A stretch of 64,000 nucleotides of DNA from Myxococcota bacterium (GTDB lineage: Bacteria; Myxococcota_A; UBA9160; SMWR01): positions 16,232-80,231 of the forward strand of contig JASMKC010000054.1 of NCBI GenBank assembly GCA_030749415.1. The letters are read 5' to 3'. The notes under the pieces are model-generated. The model saw only the letters and a list, made by a program, of their open reading frames with translations. It had not been told where the DNA came from and made no database searches. Numbering within the stretch: the stretch's first letter is position 1; each line of letters opens with the position of its first letter. Position numbers and translations under genes: made by a program. Positions 18,487-28,483 of the stretch are shown here, in pieces.

Positions 18487-19184
18487 TCGACCTGTCCTTT
18501 CTCGAAGTGAGAGCGGCGGTATCCAGAACCCGCTCGGCAAATCATCGACCGGACACCAAACCGCCGGCCGGAGACCCCGAACGAACGCGGGACCCACTTC
18601 CAACGCGGCGCCGATCCGGATCGGAACCCTCGAGAGGAACGGCTTTGGCCAGCGGGAGGGCACGCTCCATCGGGTGCATCATCTCACGACTTTTCCCGGG
18701 GCATCAACTGGGGAGCGCGCGCACGGATTCGCTGCTGATTGCACCCGCATCGGCTTCTGATGGAGACGCAGGCTCAGCACCGGGGACACGCGGAGAAGAC
18801 CTCGGAAAAAGAACTCGAGGCCGCCATCGCTGCGGCCACACAGGCACACACGGCCAGATCACACGCGGATTCGGTTCAGCCAGTCCCTGGACTTCCGTGC
18901 GGCGCGAGCGCTGGCCCGTGCGGAGGAACGGCTCGATCCGCAGACGCGCGAGGCCCGGCAAACACCACCACACGGGCCCCGAACACCGCCTCGAACCTCT
19001 GCGGGAGGGCCAGAGGCCCCAGCACCCCATCCCAGATCCAGCGACTGCGGCGGACGGGTCCGCTTGGCACCGCCACTCACCTGGCTGGAATGGCTCCCAC
19101 GCCGGACTGGCGCGCTCGAAAACGGCGCGATACACCTATCCCCCGTCCGGTGCTAAGTCCATCAACCCACATCCCGGAGGCTCC

Positions 19185-19595
19185 ATGCCCCTCCCCCTTT
19201 CCGGCCGTCTCGCCTGCATCCTGCTGGTCCTCCCCTTCAGCCTCGCCGCCTGCAAGACGATCGAACGGAACAATGCCATCCAGACCGAGCGCCTGCTGGC
19301 TGCCGCCGGCTTCCAGATGCGCATGGCCGACTCCCCCAATCGCACGAGCGAGCTCACCGCGCTGCCCATACGCAAGCTCGTGCCCACGCACCAAGACGGC
19401 AACCTCCGCTTCGTCTACGCCGACGACCTCGGGTGCAAATGCATCTACGTCGGCACCGAGAAGGCCTATCAGCGCTACCAGCGCCTGGTCGTCAAGCAGC
19501 AGATTGCCAACCAGCAAATGGAAGCCGCCCTGAGCATGGAGACGATGGGCTTCGACTGGGAAGGTTGGGGCCCGTGGTACGAGCCCTGGTACTAA
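19185..19595 (+). CDS. Hypothetical lipoprotein
   Basis: Within ORF 18441..19595. ATG 19185 is preceded by GGAGG. It begins MPLPLSGRLACILLVLPFSLAAC (lipobox). Confidence 0.65.
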   Translation: MPLPLSGRLACILLVLPFSLAACKTIERNNAIQTERLLAAAGFQMRMADSPNRTSELTALPIRKLVPTHQDGNLRFVYADDLGCKCIYVGTEKAYQRYQRLVVKQQIANQQMEAALSMETMGFDWEGWGPWYEPWY

Positions 19596-19628
19596 CGGCA
19601 AGCCAGCGCTCCTGACACCAACGGACGT

Positions 19629-20021
19629 TCACGCGCGGGTTGAAGACGTCCCGTCGCCGCGCACGAGCGCGATGAGCGCCAGGCCGCCCAGCACTGTCTC
19701 CCCAATCGTTGCGACGAGCGTTGCGGAATCCGTCGCCCCGTCGACTGCGACACCGACCAGACGGCCAAAGGCAAGCCCCAGCATCACGAACGCCGCGGCC
19801 CGCAGCGCCGTGATCCGAAAGCTCGACCGCAGAAGGCCCAGCCACATCAGGATGGCGAGGGCCGCAAAGGCCCCGCCGTGAATCGAGCGGGCTTCCGCGA
19901 TCGCCGTCACCGAAGTGAGCTCGACCCCGTAATCCCCCAGAAAGGCCCCGGGCGCGACAAGACCCCGAATGCCGATCATCGTCATGATCAGACCGTTCAG
20001 AATGAGGGCAACTTGCGACAT
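19629..20021 (-). CDS. Small four-helix membrane protein (DUF4345-like)
   Basis: ORF of 130 aa with four hydrophobic segments. The family assignment is from memory only. Confidence 0.6.
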   Translation of the reverse strand: MSQVALILNGLIMTMIGIRGLVAPGAFLGDYGVELTSVTAIAEARSIHGGAFAALAILMWLGLLRSSFRITALRAAAFVMLGLAFGRLVGVAVDGATDSATLVATIGETVLGGLALIALVRGDGTSSTRA

Positions 20022-20209
20022 CGCTTCCTCCCGGGTGAAAGCCGGCGCAGCTCAGGCCACCACGCCATCCCGGTAATGCAGCCGGCAGAGCCTAGCCGGC
20101 TGGATCGCGGGCGACACGAAGGCGGTACCATGGTCTTCGACTCCCTGGGGCCGGTTGCGCGGACAGGGCGAGCGGGGGAATCGCCTCCCCTCGGCACGGG
20201 AGAAGCTTC

Positions 20210-20911
20210 GTGTTCTTCGAAAACGCAATAGCGGGCGCAGGGTTCGCGGCCATCGTGATGGTGGCCACCGCAGCGATCGCGGGACGCCTTCTCCCGAGCC
20301 CCGCCACGCACAGCGCCATGCAGCACCTGGCCGCTGGGATGATTTGCGCTGTAGTCGCGGCGGAGCTCGTCCCGAAGGCCATGCAGACCGGCCGGGGAAT
20401 GGAGCTCGGCCTGGGCTTCGTGGCCGGCTTCGTGCTGATGCTTTCGGCCAAGGTCGTCGCGGGACGGCTGACGGGCGGGGCCAGCAGCGCGGGAATGCTG
20501 ATTGCCGTGGGGCTCGACATCGCGATCGATGGCTTGCTGATCGGAATCGCCTTTGCGATCGGAACCGACACCGGGGGCCTGTTCGTGCTCGCGTTCACCA
20601 TGGAGTTCATCGCGGTGGGGCTCGTGGTCGGCGCCCGGGGAGAGCAGAAACCGTCCCGGTCGATATGGACCGCAGCCATCCTCGCAGCTCCGGTGGTCCC
20701 AGCGGCTGCCGCTGGGCAGTCGCTGCTCTCCTCCATGTCTTTGGGGCTAGAGGCCGGACTGATGGGCTTTGCTGCATCCATCTGTCTCTACCTTGTCATC
20801 GAAGAGTTGATGCGCGAAGCCCATAAGGTCACTGAACATCCACTGGCCAACTGGCTCTTCTTCGCCGGTTTCCTCGGACTGGTGTTGCTGCAGATGCAGC
20901 TCACTCACTGA
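20210..20911 (+). CDS. ZIP-family divalent metal transporter (ZupT-like)
   Basis: ORF of 233 aa with a GTG start. It is polytopic, and HSAMQHLAAGM, GLDIAIDGLLIG and LYLVIEELMREAH fit ZIP transporters. Confidence 0.8.
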   Translation: MFFENAIAGAGFAAIVMVATAAIAGRLLPSPATHSAMQHLAAGMICAVVAAELVPKAMQTGRGMELGLGFVAGFVLMLSAKVVAGRLTGGASSAGMLIAVGLDIAIDGLLIGIAFAIGTDTGGLFVLAFTMEFIAVGLVVGARGEQKPSRSIWTAAILAAPVVPAAAAGQSLLSSMSLGLEAGLMGFAASICLYLVIEELMREAHKVTEHPLANWLFFAGFLGLVLLQMQLTH

Positions 20912-21004
20912 GCCGAAAGAGATCGGCTAGCCTTCGCAGGCGTACCTCTCCGGGCGATCAACCCAACGGGACTCCAGGACGTTGAAAGCACTGCTCCAGC
21001 CATC

Positions 21005-22018
21005 ATGAAGATTCTGGTCACAGGCGCAGCCGGCTTCATTGGCTGCTTCACTTGCAGAAAACTGATCGATCGCGGAGACGAGATCGTCGGACTCGACAAT
21101 CTCAACGACTACTATGACGTCAGCCTGAAAAAAGCTCGGCTCGAGACGCTGAAACCAGCGGAAGCATTCCGGTTCGTGAAGATGGACCTGGCCGACCGGG
21201 GATCCATCGAGGCGCTATTCGATGCCGAGAAGTTCCAGCGGGTGGTCCACCTGGGTGCCCAGGCGGGCGTCCAGTACTCACGTGAAAATCCGCACGCCTA
21301 TTCCGAAAGCAACCTCACGGGAACCCTGAATATCCTGGAGGGTTGCCGCAAGAACCCGGTGGAGCACCTGGTGTATGCATCCAGCAGCTCGGTCTACGGG
21401 GCGAATCGCAACATGCCGTATTCCGTGCACCGGGGAGCTGATCACCCGCTTTCGCTGTACGCCGCTACCAAGAAAGCCAGCGAATCGATGGCTCATGCGT
21501 ATTCCAGCCTCTACGAGATTCCGGTAACCGGCCTGAGGTTCTTCACCGTCTACGGCCCGTTTGGAAGGCCCGACATGGTGCTGTTTCGATTCACGCGAAA
21601 CATTCTCGCGGGCAAGCCGATCGATGTCTTCAATTACGGAAATCACCGAAGAGATTTCACCTACATCGACGATATCGTCGAAGGCGTCGTCCGAACGCTC
21701 GACCGAATCGCAGCACCCGACCCGAACTGGGATCCCGAGAACCCGGATCCGGCGAGCAGCAGCGCACCCTACCGCCTGTACAACATCGGCAACAGTCAAC
21801 CCGTGGACCTGATGCGCTACATCGAGGTCCTGGAAGAGTGCCTCGGACGCAAGGCGCAGAAGAACCTGTTGCCCATACAGCCCGGGGACGTACCCGACAC
21901 CCACGCCGACGTGGGCGACCTGGAAGCCGACATGGGCTATCGACCCTCCACGCGGATCGAAACAGGCGTCAGGCGGTTTGTCGAGTGGTATCTCGATTAC
22001 TATGGAGTCGAGAAGTAA
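21005..22018 (+). CDS. NAD-dependent epimerase, UDP-glucuronate 4-epimerase-like
   Basis: ORF of 337 aa. [31 protein letters not shown] and the YAATK catalytic motif match the CapI/WbnF-type extended SDR family. Confidence 0.9.
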   Translation: MKILVTGAAGFIGCFTCRKLIDRGDEIVGLDNLNDYYDVSLKKARLETLKPAEAFRFVKMDLADRGSIEALFDAEKFQRVVHLGAQAGVQYSRENPHAYSESNLTGTLNILEGCRKNPVEHLVYASSSSVYGANRNMPYSVHRGADHPLSLYAATKKASESMAHAYSSLYEIPVTGLRFFTVYGPFGRPDMVLFRFTRNILAGKPIDVFNYGNHRRDFTYIDDIVEGVVRTLDRIAAPDPNWDPENPDPASSSAPYRLYNIGNSQPVDLMRYIEVLEECLGRKAQKNLLPIQPGDVPDTHADVGDLEADMGYRPSTRIETGVRRFVEWYLDYYGVEK

Positions 22019-22058
22019 CCCCGGGACGCCGCAATCCCGATTCTCTTCCCGCCAGGCG

Positions 22059-23684
22059 TCACGGCCCTGGGAGCCAGGTGGTTCCGAGCTTCCAGCCGCC
22101 TCCCAGACTCTTGTAGAGCGAGATCACCGCCTGCAGCTCCTCCGTTCGAGTCTCTGCCAGGTCGATGAGCGCCGGAAAGAACTCCTGTTGGGCCTGGAGA
22201 ACCTCGAAATAGCTCGCGAGGCCCTGGTTGTAACGGAGCAGCGAAAGCCGCACGGATTCGGCGAGTTGTTGTGACTGCCGCTCTCTGGCAATGCGCTGGT
22301 CCCGCAACAGCCGCCTCGCCACGAGCGCATCCGAAACCTCTCCGAAGGCCGCCAGCGCCGTCTGTTCGTAGGACGCCTTGGCTTCCTCCCACTGCGCCAC
22401 CCTGGCCTTGTACTCGGCGTAGAGCATCCCGCCCCGGAACAGCGGACCCCCGAATTCCCCCGCCAAGTTCCAGAGGCTCGCCGAGCCGTTGGCGAGTTCG
22501 CTCAGCTTGTCGCTCGACGCACCCCACATTGAGGTGAGGCCAACCCGCGGCAGAAAGTTCCCCATGGCCACACCGACCGCGGCATTCGTGGCGACCACTG
22601 CCTGTTCGGCCTGAAGAATATCGGGCCGCCGTTCCAGGAGTTCCGACGGGAGGCCCGGCGGGATCTCTGGAAGCCGCTGCTCGGCCAGGGGCGCGCCGCG
22701 CGGGATCGGGCCCGGCGGCCGGCCGAGGAGCAGGGAGAGATGGTTTTCCATCGCTTCGATCTGAATCTTGAGGTTTGGCACCGATGCACTCGCCTGGGCT
22801 TCTGCGGCCGCCGCTCGCGTGACCTCGAGTTTCGACGCCACACCTCCCTTGTACTTGCGATCGAAGAGATCGTACGTGTCCTGAAAAGCGGCGACCGCCT
22901 CCTCTGCGATCTGGAGTTTGGCGTCGAGTTCCAGGAGTTGCAGGTAGTGCGAAGCAACCTGTGATACGAGCGAGAGCAGGACAGCGCGCTGGTTGTCTTC
23001 GGACGCGAGAAGTTCCGCTTTCGCCGCCTCGTTGGCGCGCCGGATCCGGCCCCAGATATCGATTTCCCAGGCGACGCTGAGCCACCCCAGGAAGGACGTG
23101 AACTTCTGCTGCGAATCGCCGAGCAGGTTGATCGGATAGTGAGAACGGCGCGCGGAACCCTGGTAATCGACTTGTGGAAAAAATGCCGACCGGGTCGCAA
23201 TAACCTGGTTCCGGGCCTGCTCGGTTCTCGCCACTGCGATCTTGATGTCGTAGTTCTGCTCGAGGCTGGTCTTCAAGAGATCCTGGAGCACGGAATCTTC
23301 GAAGACTTCCCACCAGGGCAGGTCCGCCATCGACTCCGCCAACTGGGGATCGACAGCGAGACCGGAGCCGGCGGGCTCTGCGGGATCCGGTGGCTCCACG
23401 GGCTGCTCCGCTTCACCCGCACCCGCGGGCTCCACGGGCTGCTCCGCTTCACCCGCACCCGCGGGCTCCACGGGCTGCTCCGCTTCACCCGCACCCGCGG
23501 GCTCCACGGGCTGCTCCGCTTCGTCGGACGCTTCGGCCTCATCCGGCGACATGGAAGCCGCCGGCGGCGACGCGCCGCGGTACTGGGCGGGCGTATCCAC
23601 CACCGGCCGTTCGAAGTTCGGACCGATCGCGCACCCACTCAGCAGCAGACCGAGCACACAGGCGATGAGACCACGCGTCGTCAT
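22059..23684 (-). CDS. Efflux outer-membrane factor lipoprotein (NodT family)
   Basis: ORF 22059..23792 trimmed to ATG 23684, which overlaps the RND stop as ATGA. It has a lipobox (LLLSGCAIGP) and a duplicated OEP-type coiled region. It is the terminal gene of the MFP-RND-OMF operon. Confidence 0.9.
   Translation of the reverse strand: MTTRGLIACVLGLLLSGCAIGPNFERPVVDTPAQYRGASPPAASMSPDEAEASDEAEQPVEPAGAGEAEQPVEPAGAGEAEQPVEPAGAGEAEQPVEPPDPAEPAGSGLAVDPQLAESMADLPWWEVFEDSVLQDLLKTSLEQNYDIKIAVARTEQARNQVIATRSAFFPQVDYQGSARRSHYPINLLGDSQQKFTSFLGWLSVAWEIDIWGRIRRANEAAKAELLASEDNQRAVLLSLVSQVASHYLQLLELDAKLQIAEEAVAAFQDTYDLFDRKYKGGVASKLEVTRAAAAEAQASASVPNLKIQIEAMENHLSLLLGRPPGPIPRGAPLAEQRLPEIPPGLPSELLERRPDILQAEQAVVATNAAVGVAMGNFLPRVGLTSMWGASSDKLSELANGSASLWNLAGEFGGPLFRGGMLYAEYKARVAQWEEAKASYEQTALAAFGEVSDALVARRLLRDQRIARERQSQQLAESVRLSLLRYNQGLASYFEVLQAQQEFFPALIDLAETRTEELQAVISLYKSLGGGWKLGTTWLPGP
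23392..23522. repeat. Perfect 36-bp tandem repeat (3.6 copies) inside the OMF gene
   Basis: The unit ggctccacgggctgctccgcttcacccgcacccgcg occurs at 23392, 23428 and 23464, with a 23-nt partial copy from 23500. It encodes GEAEQPVEPAGA repeats in the mature N-terminal linker. Confidence 0.95.
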
Positions 23685-26600
23685 GCGCCGTCCCCTGGCG
23701 CGGCCGGCGGGTCTTGCGCGGCCGGATCGCCGCGGTGCGTAAGCTTCTCGACGAGGGCAAACGTCGCGGGAACCAGGAAGATCGCGATGCACGTGGAGGC
23801 GAGCATGCCACCCATCACCGCGGTCCCCAGGATGCGCCGGGAAATCGCACCGGAACCGGTGGCGATGACGAGCGGAACCACGCCGAGAATGAAGGCGAAG
23901 GCCGTCATCAAGATCGGCCGCAGCCGGATGCGCGCCGCATCGAGAGCCGCCTGCACGATCGACTCGCCCTCGGCCAGCCGGGAGCGGGCGTACTCCACGA
24001 TCAGGATGGCGTTTTTCGCCGAGAGTCCGATCAGCATCACCAGGCCGATCTGGAAGTAGAGATCGTTATCGAAGGAACGCGCCCAGACCCCGACGAAGGC
24101 ACCCAGCACCGCCACGGGGGTTGTGAGCAGCACGCTCATGGGAAGCCCCCAGCTCTCGTACTGGGCGGCCAGGATCAGGAAGACCATCAGCAGCGAAAAG
24201 GCAAAGATCACCGTGGGCGAGATCCCCATGGCCGCCTTCTTCGCCTGGAAGGCCATGCCCATGTAGTCGTACCCCATGCCCTCGGGCATGGTTTCGGCAA
24301 ATACTTCCTCGAGGGCCGCCATGGCCTGACCGCCGCTGTAGCCGGGAGCGGGTCCCACCATGAGCTGCGCGGCACCGTATTGGTTGAAACGGAGCGTGAA
24401 TTCAGGACCGTAGATGCGCTCGGTGTCGACGAGCGTCGAGAGAGGCACCATACCGCCGTTGTTGTTGCGTACGTAGAACTGGCCGAGTTTCTCGGAATCC
24501 GTTCGGAAGGCCCCTTCGGCTTCGATGTAGACCTGCCACACGCGTCCGAACCGATTGAAGTAGTTGATGAAGAGGCCGCCGTTGTAGGCCTGCAGGACCT
24601 GGTAGACGCTCGAAAGCTCCACGCCCTGCTTCATCGTCTTTTCCCGATTGACGTTCGCCAGGATCTGCGGAACGTCGGGCTGGAAGGTCGTTCGGACCAT
24701 GCCGAGCTCCGGCCGCGCCTGGGCCGCCTCGATGAATTTTTTGGTCTGCTCCGCGAGATACTCGACGCCCTGCCCGGTGCGATCCTCCAGCATGAAGGTG
24801 ATCCCGCCCGAGGAACCCACACCCGGGATCGCCGGCGGCGGGAAGCTGAAGGAAATGGCGCCGGGGACCTCTTCGAGCTTCTGGTTCAGCTTCTGCATCA
24901 TCACCGAGGCGGTGAGTCCCTTGGGATCGCGCTCATCCCACGGGTCGAGAGCGATGAAGAAGAAACCGAGGTAGGTCGACTGGACGTTCGAGATCAGGCT
25001 GAAGCCGACGATGGTGTTGTACCCCGCAACCCCTTCGGTCTCCTCCAGAAGCTTCTCGACCTCCTGGCAGTATTCGTCGGCGCGCTGGAGCGAAGCGGCC
25101 GCCGGGAGCTGCGCATTGAGCAGCAGGTAGCCCTGGTCTTCCTGGGGAAGGAAGCTCGACGGGATCCGTCCCGCCACGCCGACGATCAACACGACGACTC
25201 CCCCCAACACACCCACCGCCACCAAAAGCCTCCGGATGAAAAAATGCGTCATGCCGACGTAGCGGTGGGTAACGCGGTCGAACACCCGATTGAAACCGCC
25301 GAAGAATCGCCCCAGCGGCCCTCGCATCTCGGTGCGCGGGCGCAGGAGGAGCGCCGAGAGCGCCGGGCTCAGCGTCAGCGCGTTGATCGAGGAGATCACC
25401 ACCGAGACCGCGATCGTCACCGCGAATTGTTGGTAGAGGCTTCCGGTGATGCCCGGAATGAAGGCCGTGGGCAGGAAGACCGCCACCAGAATAAGGGTCG
25501 TGGCAACGATGGGTGAGGTGACGGCCTCCATCGCCTTCAGGGCGGCATCCGTCGAGGACATCCCGTTTTCGATGTTGAGTTCGACCGCCTCCACCACGAC
25601 GATGGCGTCGTCGACCACGATCCCGATGGCCAGCACGAGCCCGAAGAGCGACAAGGTGTTGATGGAAAACCCGAGCACCGGAAAGAGCATGAACGTGCCC
25701 ACCAGCGAAACCGGCACCGCCAGCAGCGGGATCAGCGTGGCCCGGAAACCCTGGAGGAAGATGAACACCACGAGAATGACGAGACCGAGCGCCTCGAAGA
25801 GCGTAATGACGATCTCCTCCACGCCAGCGCGGACGGCCAGCGTGGTATCGAGTGAGACGCTGTAGTCGAGATCGTCGGGAAAACGCGTCTGCAGGTCGTC
25901 CATCAACGCCGTGGCGGCATTCATGGTGGCGATGGCGTTGGAACCGGGCTGCTGGTAGATGGCGAGGATCGCCGCGGGCTTGCCGTTGAAGCGGCCGATC
26001 AGGTTGTAGGTCTGGGCCCCGAGTTCGACCCGGGCGACATCCTTCACACGCACGAAGGAGCCGTCCGGCGTGGCGCGCACGACGATGTTCTCGAATTCTT
26101 CGACCGACTTGAGCCGCCCCTGGGCACGAACCGTGTAGGTGAATTGCTGTCCCGGAGGCACGGGCTCGGCCCCGAGCTGTCCCGCCGGATTCACCGTGTT
26201 CTGGGTCTCGATGGCCTCGACGATCTCGGGAACCGTGATCTGGAGCTTGGCGAGCGTGTCGGGATCGACCCAGAGACGCATGGCATACTCGCCGGCCCCA
26301 AAAACCTGGACCTGGCCGATCCCATTGACGCGGCTCATCGGGTCTAGCGCGTTGATGGTGACGTAGTTGGCCAGGAAGAGCGCGTCGTAGGTGCCCCCGG
26401 GCGAGTAGACCGAGAAGAGCGCCAGCGGACTCGACGAGGCCTGCTCGATGGTGACACCGAAGTTGCGCACGTCGATGGGCAGCTGGGCCTCGGATTGCGA
26501 GTAGCGCATCTGCGTGAGGATCTGGTCGGTGTTGGGATCGGTGCCCGGCTCGAAATCCACGCGCAGCGTCATCTGACCGTTGTTCGCGTTGGTCGAGTAC

Positions 26601-26833
26601 ATGTAGATCATGTCCTCGACGCCGCTGATCGCCTGCTCGATGGGCGTCGCCACCGATTCCATCACCGTCACCGCATCGGCTCCCACGTAGGTGGTGCTGA
26701 TGTTGATCTCCGGCGGTGCGATGTTCGGAAACTGCGAGATCGGCAGGTCGAGCATCGCCACGAGCCCGAGGATCACCATGACGATGGCGATCACCATGGC
26801 AACAATGGGCCGGCCGATGAAGAAGCGGGACAT
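23681..26833 (-). CDS. RND multidrug efflux permease (HAE1/AcrB family)
   Basis: ORF of 1050 aa starting MSRFFIGRPIVAMVIAIVMVILG. It has 12-TM architecture with two large periplasmic loops, colinear with AcrB-type pumps. Confidence 0.95.
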   Translation of the reverse strand: MSRFFIGRPIVAMVIAIVMVILGLVAMLDLPISQFPNIAPPEINISTTYVGADAVTVMESVATPIEQAISGVEDMIYMYSTNANNGQMTLRVDFEPGTDPNTDQILTQMRYSQSEAQLPIDVRNFGVTIEQASSSPLALFSVYSPGGTYDALFLANYVTINALDPMSRVNGIGQVQVFGAGEYAMRLWVDPDTLAKLQITVPEIVEAIETQNTVNPAGQLGAEPVPPGQQFTYTVRAQGRLKSVEEFENIVVRATPDGSFVRVKDVARVELGAQTYNLIGRFNGKPAAILAIYQQPGSNAIATMNAATALMDDLQTRFPDDLDYSVSLDTTLAVRAGVEEIVITLFEALGLVILVVFIFLQGFRATLIPLLAVPVSLVGTFMLFPVLGFSINTLSLFGLVLAIGIVVDDAIVVVEAVELNIENGMSSTDAALKAMEAVTSPIVATTLILVAVFLPTAFIPGITGSLYQQFAVTIAVSVVISSINALTLSPALSALLLRPRTEMRGPLGRFFGGFNRVFDRVTHRYVGMTHFFIRRLLVAVGVLGGVVVLIVGVAGRIPSSFLPQEDQGYLLLNAQLPAAASLQRADEYCQEVEKLLEETEGVAGYNTIVGFSLISNVQSTYLGFFFIALDPWDERDPKGLTASVMMQKLNQKLEEVPGAISFSFPPPAIPGVGSSGGITFMLEDRTGQGVEYLAEQTKKFIEAAQARPELGMVRTTFQPDVPQILANVNREKTMKQGVELSSVYQVLQAYNGGLFINYFNRFGRVWQVYIEAEGAFRTDSEKLGQFYVRNNNGGMVPLSTLVDTERIYGPEFTLRFNQYGAAQLMVGPAPGYSGGQAMAALEEVFAETMPEGMGYDYMGMAFQAKKAAMGISPTVIFAFSLLMVFLILAAQYESWGLPMSVLLTTPVAVLGAFVGVWARSFDNDLYFQIGLVMLIGLSAKNAILIVEYARSRLAEGESIVQAALDAARIRLRPILMTAFAFILGVVPLVIATGSGAISRRILGTAVMGGMLASTCIAIFLVPATFALVEKLTHRGDPAAQDPPAAPGDGA

Positions 26834-26855
26834 GTGGCATCGCCTTTGGCAGTGC

Positions 26856-28118
26856 TCAGCTCGCCCGCGCGTCGGAGGACGATTTCTTCGGGTCCGGTTC
26901 AGTCTTGGATTTTGCGTCCGTGGCCTCTTGGGACTTCTTTTTCGGGTCCACCTTCATCCCGGAGCGGAGCTTCTGGAACCCCTGGACCACGACCCGTTCG
27001 CCGGCTTTGATGCCCTTCTTGACGACCCAATCCGAGCCGTGGGTCGCGCCCACCTCGACCGCACGCACCTCGACCGTGTCGTCGGTCTTCACCACGTAGA
27101 CGTTGTAGGTACCCTGCACGTCGTCGACCGCGCTCTGCGGGATCACCACGGCGTTCTGTTCGACACCGAGATCCGCGCGGACCCGTGCAAACTGGCCGGG
27201 ACGCAGGACGTTGTTCGGGTTCTGGAAACGACCCTCCACGAGGATGGTCCCGGTCAACGGGTCGACCTCCCGCCCGAGGACGTACGGCGTGCCCCGGTAC
27301 TTCCACGCAACGTCACCGGTGAGGAAGAGTTCCAGGACCTTCCCGGCTTTTCCGATCTTGCCGCTCGACGCACCCTGGTTGTACTTCACCAGATCCATGT
27401 ACTGTTTCTCAGAGATCGGGAACTGCACCTTGATCGGATCGAGCTGCGAAACCGTCGTGAGCAGCGTCTGCGAGGCGACGAGGTCGCCGATCTGGGCGAC
27501 CGCGATTCCCGAGACTCCCTTGATCGGCGACTGGATCTTCGTCCAGCTCAGGTTGAGCTTCGCCCGTTCGACGCGCGCCTTTGCGCTGACCACCGCGGCC
27601 TCGTCGCGGAGCATCGCCTGGACTGCATCGTCGAGTTCTTGTTGACTCACCGCACCCTGGACCGCCAGGGGCCGGTAGCGCTTCACGTGGCTGCTGCTCT
27701 TGCCCAGGTTCGCTTTGGCTTCTCCGAGTTGCCCGAGAGCGCTGTCGAGTTCCGCCTGGAACTCGCGCGGATCGATCTGGAAGAGAAGCTGCCCTTCCTC
27801 GACGACAGTCCCCTGCTCGTACTCCCGACTCCGGAGGTACCCCTTTACCTGGGGCCGGATCTCCGCGTTGTTATAACCCTCGGTGGAGCCCACCCACTCC
27901 GCGAAGAGGGGCAGGTTCTTCTCGACGGCTTCCGCGACGTAGACCAACGGCGGCTTGGGCGCCTCCGATTCCGAGCTGCCGCAGCTGGCACACGCGGCGA
28001 CGACAGCGAGCGCAGCGACGACCGCGCGAACGCGCTGGCTGTGCGCCGGCCCGTTCGGCTCGAAGACTCCGCTCCCGCGGCAATTCACCGCCGTCGCTTG
28101 CTCGTAACGACCCTGCAT
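26856..28118 (-). CDS. RND efflux periplasmic adaptor (MFP)
   Basis: ORF 26856..28259 trimmed to ATG 28118, which has GGAGG upstream. It has a signal/lipobox (VVAACASCG) and HlyD-like hairpin and barrel regions. It lies 22 nt upstream of the RND gene. Confidence 0.9.
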   Translation of the reverse strand: MQGRYEQATAVNCRGSGVFEPNGPAHSQRVRAVVAALAVVAACASCGSSESEAPKPPLVYVAEAVEKNLPLFAEWVGSTEGYNNAEIRPQVKGYLRSREYEQGTVVEEGQLLFQIDPREFQAELDSALGQLGEAKANLGKSSSHVKRYRPLAVQGAVSQQELDDAVQAMLRDEAAVVSAKARVERAKLNLSWTKIQSPIKGVSGIAVAQIGDLVASQTLLTTVSQLDPIKVQFPISEKQYMDLVKYNQGASSGKIGKAGKVLELFLTGDVAWKYRGTPYVLGREVDPLTGTILVEGRFQNPNNVLRPGQFARVRADLGVEQNAVVIPQSAVDDVQGTYNVYVVKTDDTVEVRAVEVGATHGSDWVVKKGIKAGERVVVQGFQKLRSGMKVDPKKKSQEATDAKSKTEPDPKKSSSDARAS

Positions 28119-28483
28119 TCGACCTCCGGCTTCGGCAGCCGGACAGCCTAGCGTGCCTGGGACGAAACTTGGACCGGGAACACGAGGAACCCGGACGGAG
28201 ACCTGCAACGTCTGAGAAACCGCCCCTGCGTCCACGACCGCGGCGCAAAGGCCGGCCAACTCCGCGCCCCGAGGGCCGCGGCCAGCGAGCGAAGTGACCA
28301 GGCGTCAGGTACCGGTGACAGAAGGCACCCGATCCCGTCGCGAGACCCGCCCCTACCCCGTCGAGAGACCCGCCTGCCCGAGGCATTCGCGGCCCGACGC
28401 GGCGGTGGATCCCGACCGCACGTGTCTCCCGGCCGGTCCGGCGACACCCGGCTTCACCGGGGGCAAAGGGCTAGGCTTCGCCG

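Noticed and set aside
17704-18663. Long N-terminal extensions of many track ORFs (for example SDR 17704..18663, MoxR 57841..58980, DUF58 56828..58057, RR 50722..51732, sdhB 61028..62251)
   Set aside because: The extensions are Arg/Pro-rich, precede canonical family N-termini and lack ribosome-binding sites. Internal starts have SD sequences or ATGA/GTGA overlaps with the upstream gene, so the shorter models were reported.
23392-23522. Regular 36-bp repeats as a possible CRISPR array
   Set aside because: The copies are directly adjacent with no spacers, lie in frame inside the OMF coding sequence, and no cas genes are present.
23714-26840. 600-aa (+) and 635-aa (-) ORFs overlapping the RND pump
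   Set aside because: They are shadow frames of the 1050-aa AcrB-type gene (23681..26833). Their translations are dominated by Arg, His, Gly and Asp runs.
28455-28470. caccgggggcaaaggg upstream of the BCCT gene, reminiscent of the glycine-riboswitch core (ACCGAAGGGGCAA)
   Set aside because: Only this short partial match is present. I could not find the other conserved elements (a GGAGAG P1 region and a CUCAGGCAAAAGGAC-like segment) or a second aptamer.
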